Assembly (NCBI GenBank): GCA_027064425.1
Contig: JAMOPO010000027.1
Coordinates: 179,353 to 243,352, forward strand
Direction: 5' to 3'
Length of the DNA stretch: 64,000 nucleotides
From: Methanobacteriota archaeon
GTDB taxonomy: Archaea; JAADCQ01; Methanopyri; Methanopyrales; Methanopyraceae
Made by a program: the position numbers and the translations under genes. The notes beneath the pieces were generated by a model. It made no database searches and was not told the DNA's origin. It saw nothing but the letters and a program-made list of their open reading frames with translations. Positions 9,623 to 18,354 of this stretch are shown here, one piece after another (position 1 is the stretch's first letter; each line of letters opens with the position of its first letter).

Positions 9623-11728
9623 TTGGAGCTGCCTGAGCACGTGGGACGGTACCTAGAGTGGCGCGGGATCAAGGAGCTCTTCCCACCCCAGCGGGAGGCG
9701 ATCGAGCGGGGGCTCTTCGAGGGTAAGAACCTGGTGGTCGCCGCGCCCACGGCCAGCGGGAAGACGCTCATCGCCGAGATGAGAGTCCTGCACGAGCTGG
9801 CCTCCCACGGCTGGCGGCGGCGCGTGGTTTACGTCGTGCCCTATCGCGCGCTGGCCCGGGAGAAGTACCGGGACTTCGAGCGGGTGGCCCAGTTCTGCGA
9901 GGAGGAGCTCGGGGAGGAGGTGAACGTCGAGCTCCGGACGGGTGACGTGAGGCGACCGATCCGGGAGCTGGAGCCGGGCGTGGTGGTGACCACGGCCGAG
10001 AAGCTGGACGCGAGCCTGCGGTCCCGGCCGGACCTCGTCGACGCCATCGACCTGCTGGTGATGGACGAGGTGCACATGGTGGGAGAGGGGGAGCGCGGGC
10101 CCACGTACGAGGGGCTCATCGCCCTGGTGCGCACGTTCCGACCGGACGCGTCCGTGCTGGCGCTCTCGGCCACGGTGGGTAACGCCCGCGAGCTGGGGCG
10201 GTGGCTGGACGCAGAGGTGGTGGAGAGCGATTGGAGGCCGGTGGAGCTGAGGTACAGGGTGGAGGAGGTGGACCAGTCGGAGGCGGACATCAGGGTGGAG
10301 GAGGTGGTCAGGAAGTGCCTGGAGGAGGACGGTCAGGCGCTGGTGTTCCTGTACTCGCGCCGGCGGGCGATGACCGAGGCCCAGCGGCTGGCCGGGATCG
10401 TGCGAGAACATCTGTCCAGGGAGGAGCGAGAGGAGCTGCAGGAGCTGGCTGAGCGGGTGGAAGAGGAGGGCGAGGGTGACGAGACGAAGGTCCTCGCCTG
10501 GGCCGTGCGGCGCGGGGCGGCGTTCCACCACGCCGGGTTGGCCCCGGGCCAGCGGGAGCTCGTGGAGGACGCGTTCCGGGAGGGGTTGATCAAGGTCGTG
10601 ACCTGCACGCCGACGCTGGCGGCGGGGGTCAACCTCCCGGCCCGCTACGTCCTGATCCGAGACTTCGGGACCCGGATCGGGGGCGAGTTCAAGCCCTCTA
10701 AGAACGAGTTCAAGCAGATGGCGGGCAGGGCCGGTCGACCGGACTACGACGAGATCGGATACGTGTACGTTTTCGTGAACCCGAGGCTGCGGGACGTGGT
10801 GGAGGAGTACATCCAGTCCGAGGCCGAGCCGGTGCGGAGCAAGATTTGGTCCACGGGCCCGCGGCTCCGGCGCTTCCTCCTGGGACTGGTGGCGGCCGGA
10901 TTCTGCGAGGACCTTTCGAGCGTGCTGGAGGTGGCGCTCAACACGTTCGTGGAGTCCGTGGAGGGAATCAGGCCGGAGGAACGCGTGGCGGAGTCGCTGG
11001 AAATGCTGCAGGACTGGGACTTCCTGAAGGAGCTCAGCGGCCGACTGCGGGTGACGACGGTGGGCAAGGCGGTGGCCGAGACCTACCTGACCCCGGACTC
11101 GGCCCGGTTCCTGCTGGAGGCGATGGAGGAGGTGGGGACGGAGGAGTCCGTCGTGCTGCCCATGATCACGCTGTCTCTGGACTTCACTCCAAGCTCGATC
11201 TCTCGGCGGGAGAGGTCGGGCACGCTCGACGAGTTCATGGGAACGTCGGGGCCGGAGCTGTCCTACGACGAGGTCGTGGAGCTGGCGGTGGACTGGTTCG
11301 GCTACGATGACTGGGAGGTGGAGCGTCGGCTGGCGTGGGCGGAGGTGCTCCGGGACTGGATCTCCGGGGTCCCCGAGCGGGCGATCCTGCGTCGATACGA
11401 CATCTACCCGGGTGACCTTTACCGGGCGCGGGAGGACGCCGCGTGGATCGCCTGGGGAATGTCCCGGCTGGCATCGGCGGCCGGAATCCGATGGCGGTCC
11501 CCGCTGCTCAGCCGGCGGATCGAGGTGGGCGTGCCCGAGGAGGTGGTGGAGCTGACGGAGGTCGAGGGGGTGGGTCGGACGCTGGCGATGCGGCTCTACG
11601 AGGCCGGGTTCAGGTCCGTGGAGGACCTGGCGAACGCGAGCCCCTCGGAGCTCATGCGGGTGCGAGGCATCGGCGAGAAGCTCGCCCGGAAAATCCGGGA
11701 GAGTGCCCGGGAGCTTATAGGAACCTGA
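9623..11728 (+). CDS. hel308: Ski2-like SF2 DNA helicase Hel308/Hjm
   Basis: APTASGKT, DEVH, LSATVGN, FHHAGL, TPTLAAGVNLPA, QMAGRAGRP, C-terminal HhH motifs. Confidence 0.93.
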   Translation: MELPEHVGRYLEWRGIKELFPPQREAIERGLFEGKNLVVAAPTASGKTLIAEMRVLHELASHGWRRRVVYVVPYRALAREKYRDFERVAQFCEEELGEEVNVELRTGDVRRPIRELEPGVVVTTAEKLDASLRSRPDLVDAIDLLVMDEVHMVGEGERGPTYEGLIALVRTFRPDASVLALSATVGNARELGRWLDAEVVESDWRPVELRYRVEEVDQSEADIRVEEVVRKCLEEDGQALVFLYSRRRAMTEAQRLAGIVREHLSREEREELQELAERVEEEGEGDETKVLAWAVRRGAAFHHAGLAPGQRELVEDAFREGLIKVVTCTPTLAAGVNLPARYVLIRDFGTRIGGEFKPSKNEFKQMAGRAGRPDYDEIGYVYVFVNPRLRDVVEEYIQSEAEPVRSKIWSTGPRLRRFLLGLVAAGFCEDLSSVLEVALNTFVESVEGIRPEERVAESLEMLQDWDFLKELSGRLRVTTVGKAVAETYLTPDSARFLLEAMEEVGTEESVVLPMITLSLDFTPSSISRRERSGTLDEFMGTSGPELSYDEVVELAVDWFGYDDWEVERRLAWAEVLRDWISGVPERAILRRYDIYPGDLYRAREDAAWIAWGMSRLASAAGIRWRSPLLSRRIEVGVPEEVVELTEVEGVGRTLAMRLYEAGFRSVEDLANASPSELMRVRGIGEKLARKIRESARELIGT

Positions 11729-12443
11729 ACTCTCGGCCCCACTCCCGGCTGATCTTCCGCTCCCACCGGGCGACGTCCACGGACGTTATCGGGAACACGC
11801 TGTCTCCCCGCCTGGGCATCTCCATCAGCTCCTGAGCCAGTGACTTGGAGATCGGCCGGCGCCGGCCGCGCACGGTGATTTGGCATCGGACCGGGTCGAC
11901 GTGGTCCCAGCGCAGCTCCAGCACGTCGATGTAGTCGGAAAGAGTCTCGAAGCAGGTTACCACGAACGGTTTGAGGTACCTCTCATCGTACTTCCTGCTT
12001 AAGTCTTCGAGAAGTAGGAACAGCTCTGTTAAGCGTAGGTCCAGCTCGAGCGACGCCTCATTGGTCCCGTCGATCTCGAACGGGAGGCTGACGTCCTGCA
12101 GGACCTGGAGGAGGCCTTCCCCGCGCGCCATCAGCTCCGCCTCGACCTCGACCTCCGGGATCACGTCCTTCACGGGTGCATCCGCGGGCAGGCGCTCGGT
12201 GAGGTATTGGACGATCTCTTCGAGCAGCGCCCGCCCAACGCGCTCTCTGGCGCGGACGTGGGTGATGGACTCGACCACCCAGAGCGGGTCCGGACTGATC
12301 TCTCTGATGTGGTCGTTCGCGAACTTGCTGGAGATGACTTTCAGGCTGAGCAGGGTGGCGTACGTTAAGGTGGATGTCGGTTTTAGGACGAGCCGTTTCC
12401 GGGTCAGGTAGCGGACGTAGCCGTCGACGAGGGAGGCGATCAT
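11715..12443 (-). CDS. hypothetical protein
   Basis: 242-aa ORF whose start overlaps the lysC stop (ATGA); no recognisable motif. Confidence 0.7.
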   Translation of the reverse strand: MIASLVDGYVRYLTRKRLVLKPTSTLTYATLLSLKVISSKFANDHIREISPDPLWVVESITHVRARERVGRALLEEIVQYLTERLPADAPVKDVIPEVEVEAELMARGEGLLQVLQDVSLPFEIDGTNEASLELDLRLTELFLLLEDLSRKYDERYLKPFVVTCFETLSDYIDVLELRWDHVDPVRCQITVRGRRRPISKSLAQELMEMPRRGDSVFPITSVDVARWERKISREWGREFRFL

Positions 12444-13843
12444 GACCCTTCACCGAGGTTGAACTCCGAGTGGATGGCGTTGACGGCCTTCGCCTCGTCC
12501 TCCTCGGAGACCACGAACGAGATGTTCACCTCGGAGGCTCCCTGCGAGATCGTTCTCACGTTCACGCCCTCCCGGGCCACGGCGCTGAACACGCGGGAGG
12601 CGACGCCGGGCGTGCCGCGCATGCCCTCCCCCACCACGGCCACGACGGCAACGTCCTCGTACGCCTTCACGCGGTCGACCAGGCGCTCACCCACGAACTC
12701 GCGCTCGATGATCCGCGCGGCCTCCTGAACGTCCTCCTCCGACACGATGATCGAGATGTTCGACTCCGAGGCGGACTGGGAGATCATCACCACGTTGATG
12801 CCGGCCTCCCCGAGCTTCGTGAAGATGCGGCCAGCGACGCCGGGTCGTCCGATCATGGTCGTGCCGCGCACGTCGACCATGCCCACGTCGGAGGAGGACG
12901 CGACGGCCTTGACGACGTCGTCGGCGGGCTGGGCCTCGGCGGTGATCAGCGTGCCCTCCGCCTCGGGGTTGAACGTGTTCTTGACGCGGATCGGTATCCC
13001 CTCGGCCTGCGCGGGGATCACGGTCTTGGGGTGCAGCACCTCCGCGCCGAAGCTGGCCAGCTCCAGGGCCTCCTCGTAGGACAGTCTGGGCACCGTCCTG
13101 GCGTCGGGAACCAGGCTGGGATCGGCCGTCATGACCCCGTCCACGTCCGTCCAGATCTGGATCTCATCCGCCTCCACCGCCGCGCCCAGGATAGCGGCCG
13201 AGTAGTCGGAACCGCCGCGGCCCAGGGTGGTGACCTCTCCCTCCACGGTTTCACCTATGAAGCCCGTGACGACGGGGATCTTGCCGGAGCGGAGCATCGG
13301 GATCAGGGTGCGTTGCGCCTTCCTGCGGCAGGCGGGGAGGATGGGTTCCGCCTCCCCGAACCGCTCGTCCGTGATCACGCCCGCCTCGCCGGCCTCCAGG
13401 TGCTCGGCCTCGAGACCTCGATCGCGGAGGGCGCCGGCCAGGATCGGGGCGGCGAGCCGCTCGCCGAAGGAGAGGACGAGGTCCATGGAGCGCCGGGTGA
13501 CCTCGCCGACGTAACTTAACCCCAAAAGCACTTTCTCAAGCTCGTCAAGGAGGGAGTCGATGTAGCCGAGGACCTCCCGGCGAATCAGGTTGGAGGAGAT
13601 GACCTCGTTGACGGTTTCCACGTGTCGCCTGCGGAGCTTGCCCACGAAGTTCTTCACTTCCTCCTCCGTCCAGTTAGGGACCCGTCGAGCCGCCCGCTCC
13701 AGCTCGTCGGTGACACCGGCCATCGCGGACGTGACGACGATCACCTCGTGCTCACGGTGCGCCTCCTCCACGATCTCGGTGACCCTCTTTATGGCGTCGC
13801 TCGAGCCGACCGAGGTGCCGCCGAACTTCATGACGACCCTCAA
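12440..13843 (-). CDS. lysC: aspartokinase
   Basis: KFGGTSV, SAMAGVTD, TTLGRGGSDYSA, WTDVDGV..ADP, GAEVLHP, two ACT domains. Confidence 0.96.
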   Translation of the reverse strand: MRVVMKFGGTSVGSSDAIKRVTEIVEEAHREHEVIVVTSAMAGVTDELERAARRVPNWTEEEVKNFVGKLRRRHVETVNEVISSNLIRREVLGYIDSLLDELEKVLLGLSYVGEVTRRSMDLVLSFGERLAAPILAGALRDRGLEAEHLEAGEAGVITDERFGEAEPILPACRRKAQRTLIPMLRSGKIPVVTGFIGETVEGEVTTLGRGGSDYSAAILGAAVEADEIQIWTDVDGVMTADPSLVPDARTVPRLSYEEALELASFGAEVLHPKTVIPAQAEGIPIRVKNTFNPEAEGTLITAEAQPADDVVKAVASSSDVGMVDVRGTTMIGRPGVAGRIFTKLGEAGINVVMISQSASESNISIIVSEEDVQEAARIIEREFVGERLVDRVKAYEDVAVVAVVGEGMRGTPGVASRVFSAVAREGVNVRTISQGASEVNISFVVSEEDEAKAVNAIHSEFNLGEGS

Positions 13844-13885
13844 GCTCCTCCTCCCTTGCCGCGCCCGCGGTTGGGGGTGCGCCCG

Positions 13886-14584
13886 GTGGGTAAGGGAGAG
13901 TGTGATATCTGGCTCCCTGACGAGGAGGCCAGGTCGATCGGGGCCGAGGTGAGCCGGAAAGCGCTGGAGGTGATCGCCGACGCCGGGCGGCCCGTTTACG
14001 ATCTAAAAAAGCACCGGGGGGTGGACGTCAAGTCGGTGGCGCGGGAGATCGTGCGAGAGATCGGAACCATTGTCGGGCTGGAGTTCTCTCTTAAGGGGGT
14101 GGATAAGCTCTTCGACAAGGTAATGAAACGGGTGCCGCTGATCCGCACCGTGCTCTCCGAGGAGGAGCTGGAGTCGCTGGAGGAGGACAAATACATCTGC
14201 TTCGTGGCCGTGCATCCGAAAAATTACCGTAAAATCAGCGAGCGGGCCGGAGCCATCGCGGTCACCGCCCGGGAGGAGCTCGAGCTGGACCACACCCCGC
14301 TGGTCCTGGTCAGGAACGACCTGTGCTTGGATGAGAACGAGTTCGGCGTGCTGGTCCTGCACTCGTCCGAGGTGGTCCAGAGCCGGCCCGAGTTCGACGT
14401 GGAGGTGCTCGTTGGTGAGGACATGAAGCCGACGATGATCAAGCTCGCTCGGTTCATCGCGAGCACGGTGGCCACGCGGACGGGCCACCTGAAGTTTCCC
14501 TACGTGATGGTGAAGGAGAGCCTGCTGGTGGAGGAGGGGGAGTTTCGCGTCCGGGTTAAGTTTACGGATAGCGGGGCCGAGTAG
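13886..14584 (+). CDS. hypothetical protein
   Basis: Divergent from lysC; GTG start after GGGGTG SD; stop abuts the next TTG; no known motif. Confidence 0.65.
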   Translation: MGKGECDIWLPDEEARSIGAEVSRKALEVIADAGRPVYDLKKHRGVDVKSVAREIVREIGTIVGLEFSLKGVDKLFDKVMKRVPLIRTVLSEEELESLEEDKYICFVAVHPKNYRKISERAGAIAVTAREELELDHTPLVLVRNDLCLDENEFGVLVLHSSEVVQSRPEFDVEVLVGEDMKPTMIKLARFIASTVATRTGHLKFPYVMVKESLLVEEGEFRVRVKFTDSGAE

Positions 14585-15982
14585 TTGACGGAAGAGCGAC
14601 CCTCGCGGCTCAGCTTCGCCCTAGTTCGGCTCTCCGCGAGGCCGAGGATCAAGGGGCGTGTGATCGCCTGCGGGACCCGATACGACCCGATCACGGAGGA
14701 AGAGGAGGAGCTAGTTAACATCCTGAACTCCAACGCGCTGCTGCTCGTGTGCTTCGAGGAGTATCCGCTCCCCACCCCTCAAATCATCTCTAACGAGCTT
14801 GGAGACATGTCCAGGAAGCTCCGCCAGGAGGGCTTCCGCCTGTCCCGCATTGAGGAGTTCAAGTACGACGACCCGGAGGTGGCGCTGGTTTCCAAGATGG
14901 TCCTGGACGAGACCCGGTACGTGTACTGCCGGGTCCCCGGGAAGCCCCGGGACCGGCTCGAGTCGCTCGCTCACGAGCACGAGTGCACCGTGGTGAGCTG
15001 GGAGCGGGAGGGTGCCGTCATCGAGGCCCCATCCAAGTACCACGCCCTGCGGCTGGCGGTCTCCATACCGCTGGAGCTGGACGGCAGCGCCGCGGTGGGG
15101 CTCACGCAGGCGGCGGCGGTCGAGCGGCACGCGAAGGCCGAGCGCTACGTCAAGGGACCGTTCGCGGCGTTCTCCAAGGCGGGCGGTGAGTGGGTCCTGC
15201 ACGAGGATGGCGACCAGGAGCTGCCCGAGCCGCAGGGGACTGACGCCGGGCCGGACCGCGTGATGTACCTCGACATCGTGGAGTCGTCGAAGCTGGTCGA
15301 AGAGCGCGGGAGGCCCTACCTGGAGAACCTGATGAAAGAGCTGATGGACCTCATCGCCGATGAGGAAGGCGTCGTTATCGACCATAAGCTGGGTGGAGAC
15401 GACGTACTCGCGAAGTTCCCCACGAAGGGGAGGGCGCTCCGGGCCGCGATCCGGATCCTCGACGAGGCGCGTCGCCGAGGGATCAAGATTAAAATAGGGA
15501 TCGGGGACTCCGGCGGTCGGGCGGCGGAGAACGCCGTCGCGGTGATGGACAGGATCGGCTACTCGGCCTCCTTCGTCGCGTTCCGCTTCGGCCCGTTCCT
15601 GGCCGCGTACGTTGAACCTCCGACGATCTCTGAGGTGTTCTTCCGGCGCATCCCGTCGGAGCTGGGGCGGATGGTCGGGGCGTCGATGACCACGGCCTCG
15701 CTCGCGACCATTCATCCGTACCTGGGCGCGCTGCCGCTGCTCTACTTCCCGACCGCCGCGATCAAGAGGAACAGGGACGAGGTCTCCGCCGCGTGCGTTT
15801 GGGGGACGCTCTGGCTCCTGGCCATGGTGGCCGCGGTCCTGGTCGGGGTGCACGTCCGGTCCAAGTACCTGCCCAAGCCCCTGGTCACGCTGACCGACGT
15901 CGTCGTGTCCCAGGCGATCGCATTCGCGAAATCCCGTCTCAGCTCCCTCCTAGTAAAGGGATTAGGGGCAGGACTACCGTGA
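14585..15982 (+). CDS. membrane-anchored protein with nucleotidyl-cyclase/GTP cyclohydrolase III-like palm domain
   Basis: VMYLDIVESS...GGDDVLAKF...IKIGIG motif set; hydrophobic C-terminal segments. Confidence 0.7.
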   Translation: MTEERPSRLSFALVRLSARPRIKGRVIACGTRYDPITEEEEELVNILNSNALLLVCFEEYPLPTPQIISNELGDMSRKLRQEGFRLSRIEEFKYDDPEVALVSKMVLDETRYVYCRVPGKPRDRLESLAHEHECTVVSWEREGAVIEAPSKYHALRLAVSIPLELDGSAAVGLTQAAAVERHAKAERYVKGPFAAFSKAGGEWVLHEDGDQELPEPQGTDAGPDRVMYLDIVESSKLVEERGRPYLENLMKELMDLIADEEGVVIDHKLGGDDVLAKFPTKGRALRAAIRILDEARRRGIKIKIGIGDSGGRAAENAVAVMDRIGYSASFVAFRFGPFLAAYVEPPTISEVFFRRIPSELGRMVGASMTTASLATIHPYLGALPLLYFPTAAIKRNRDEVSAACVWGTLWLLAMVAAVLVGVHVRSKYLPKPLVTLTDVVVSQAIAFAKSRLSSLLVKGLGAGLP

Positions 15983-17277
15983 CCGTGATGGAAGAGTGTC
16001 GGCACGAGGTGCCCGAGATCGTGGAGCGTATCGCCGAGAAGGAGGGAGTTAGGCCCGAGAAGATCGCGCGTCGAGTGGCCGAGGGCCGCGTGGTCGTCCC
16101 GGCTCACGCGGACCGGCGGGACGAGGTCGAGCCCGTGGGGATAGGCGAGGGCCTCCGAGTCAAGGTGAACGCGAACGTGGGCACCTCACCCGAGGTTTGC
16201 GACCCGGACCTAGAGGTGGAGAAGGCCAAGGCGGCCGTCGAGTACGGCGCGGATACCGTTATGGACCTCAGCACTGGGGGAGACCTCCGGAAGATCCGGC
16301 GCCGCATCATGAAGGCCGTGAACGTGCCCGTGGGCACCGTCCCCGTGTACGAGGCGGCCGTGGAGGCCACGTCCAAGGGCAAGGCCGTGGTGGACATGGA
16401 CGAGGACGACATGCTCCGGGTCATCGAGCGGCACATGCGCGATGGTGTCGATTTCATGACCATCCACTGCGCGGTCACCTGGGACGCCCTGGAGGACCTG
16501 CTCCGCCGCGGCCGGCTGTTGGGCGTGGTCTCCCGGGGCGGTGCGATCGTCGCCGCCTGGATGATTCACCACGAGGAGGAGAACCCGCTGTACGAGAACT
16601 TCGACTACATCCTGGAGCTGGCGCGCGAGCACGACGTGACCCTCTCCCTCGGCGACGCCATGAGGCCGGGCTCGGTCCTTGACGCGAACGACCCCGCCCA
16701 GCACCGAGAGCTCCTCGTTCAGGGCGAGCTGGTTGACCGGTGCCGGGAGCACGGCGTGCAGGCGATGGTGGAGGGACCGGGCCACGTACCCTTGGATCAG
16801 ATCCCGGCGGTGGTCAAGCTGCAGAAGCGGGTGTGCGACGGCGCCCCCTTCTACGTGCTCGGGCCCGTGCCCACGGACGTGGCCCCGGGGTACGATCACA
16901 TCGCGGCCGCCATCGGTGGGGCGATCGCCGCCTACCACGGCGCGGACTTCCTGTGCTACGTGACGCCGGCCGAGCACCTGGCCCTGCCCGACGTGGAGGA
17001 CGTGATCGAGGGGGTGATCGCCGCACGGATCGCGGCGCACGTGGCCGATACGGCCCGAGGCCGGGAGTACGCGGTTAAGGAGAACGAGGAGATGGGTAAA
17101 GCCCGGTGGGAGCTGGACTGGGAGCGGCAGTTCGAGCTGGCGCTGGACCCGGAGCGGGCGCGCAGGTACCGGGAGGAGCGGCCTCCGCAGGCGCGCGAGC
17201 AGTGCTCCATGTGCGGTGAGTACTGCGCGATCAAAATCCTGAAGGAGGCGCTCGGGCGGCAGCGGGAGGAGTCATGA
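15979..17277 (+). CDS. thiC: phosphomethylpyrimidine synthase
   Basis: KVNANVGTS, ADTVMDLSTGG, VSRGG, LGDAMRPG, EGPGH, PGYDH, CYVTPAEHL, CSMCG..C; GTG start overlaps the upstream TGA. Confidence 0.95.
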   Translation: MTVMEECRHEVPEIVERIAEKEGVRPEKIARRVAEGRVVVPAHADRRDEVEPVGIGEGLRVKVNANVGTSPEVCDPDLEVEKAKAAVEYGADTVMDLSTGGDLRKIRRRIMKAVNVPVGTVPVYEAAVEATSKGKAVVDMDEDDMLRVIERHMRDGVDFMTIHCAVTWDALEDLLRRGRLLGVVSRGGAIVAAWMIHHEEENPLYENFDYILELAREHDVTLSLGDAMRPGSVLDANDPAQHRELLVQGELVDRCREHGVQAMVEGPGHVPLDQIPAVVKLQKRVCDGAPFYVLGPVPTDVAPGYDHIAAAIGGAIAAYHGADFLCYVTPAEHLALPDVEDVIEGVIAARIAAHVADTARGREYAVKENEEMGKARWELDWERQFELALDPERARRYREERPPQAREQCSMCGEYCAIKILKEALGRQREES

Positions 17278-18341
17278 TCGAGGAGCCGGAGAAAATCCCG
17301 GAGCACCTCCGGATCACCGCCACCCGTACCATGGTCGCGGCCCGTCCCGAGGAGCCCGAGCCGACGCTCCGCCTCTTCCGGGCGTTCAACGACGATCGGG
17401 ACGTGGTGCTGGAAGAGAAGCTGGATGGAACGAACGTTCGCGTCTACGTCGAGGGTGATCGGATCGTCGCGCACACGCGCGGTTGGGTGGACGTGAACGC
17501 GTACCTGGAGGAGCTAGGGCTGGAACCGCCCTGGGAGGACCTCCGCGGCGAGTTCGACGCGCTCACGATCCTGGAGGGGGAACTCCTTCCCTACGACCTG
17601 TTCTCCCAGGAGTCGCCCCGCCTGCACGAGCTGGCCGGACGGTTGGAGACCGAGGTGCTGTTCGAGGGGGAGCCCTCCGACGTAACGGCCCGGCTGGTTT
17701 ACTACGAGGGTAAGCGGTACGAGTGCCGGCCCGAGCCGCTGTTCAGCCGGGCCTGCGAGCTGGACCCCGACCACGAGCTCATCCAGCGCTTCCTGAGCGA
17801 GAACCAGCGCAAGCCCGACCTGGAGGAGGCGATCGAGGAGGGCAAGCTGGAGGTCCGGGTCTGCTTCTACGAGGTGGACATGCTGGAGGGCGAGCGGTGG
17901 ATCACCCGGCCCCGGACCGAGCAGCTGCGCGTCTGCGAGCGGCTCTCCACCGAGCCCCCGGAGTGGGAGGTGGTGCGCGATCCAGCGCCGGAGGACCTCG
18001 AGCGCTGGCTCGACCGGCTGGAGCGTCGGTGGCGGGAGGGGATCTGCGTCAAGCCGATGGAGGAGGACCCGGACAAGCTGCACGCCGTGAAGCTACGGTG
18101 CCCGTGGTTCGTGTACCGGGAGTTCGACGGGCGGCCGCCGGGCAAGGGCTCGCACAAGGTCGCCGGCCGAGTGACGGCGCAGATGGTGCAGACGAAGGTC
18201 CTGCACCGGAACCTGAAGGAGCTCGAGGGAGAGCGGAACGTGCTCGGCAGGAAGTGGCGCAAGCTGTCGGAGCGCGTTCAGCGGGCGTTGGACCTGCAGG
18301 AGCGCCTCATGAGCCTTGGTATCGACAGCCCCAAGATTTAG
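17274..18341 (+). CDS. ATP-dependent nucleotidyltransferase / RNA ligase family (Pnkp-ligase-like)
   Basis: Motif I EEKLDG, motif III LEGELLP, IIIa FYEV, IV EGICVKP, V KLR. Confidence 0.75.
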   Translation: MIEEPEKIPEHLRITATRTMVAARPEEPEPTLRLFRAFNDDRDVVLEEKLDGTNVRVYVEGDRIVAHTRGWVDVNAYLEELGLEPPWEDLRGEFDALTILEGELLPYDLFSQESPRLHELAGRLETEVLFEGEPSDVTARLVYYEGKRYECRPEPLFSRACELDPDHELIQRFLSENQRKPDLEEAIEEGKLEVRVCFYEVDMLEGERWITRPRTEQLRVCERLSTEPPEWEVVRDPAPEDLERWLDRLERRWREGICVKPMEEDPDKLHAVKLRCPWFVYREFDGRPPGKGSHKVAGRVTAQMVQTKVLHRNLKELEGERNVLGRKWRKLSERVQRALDLQERLMSLGIDSPKI

Positions 18342-18354
18342 GGGGGTGGTCGCC

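Noticed and set aside
9623-11728. Inteins in Hel308, the second helicase or PpsA
   Set aside because: Normal lengths and uninterrupted motif spacing.
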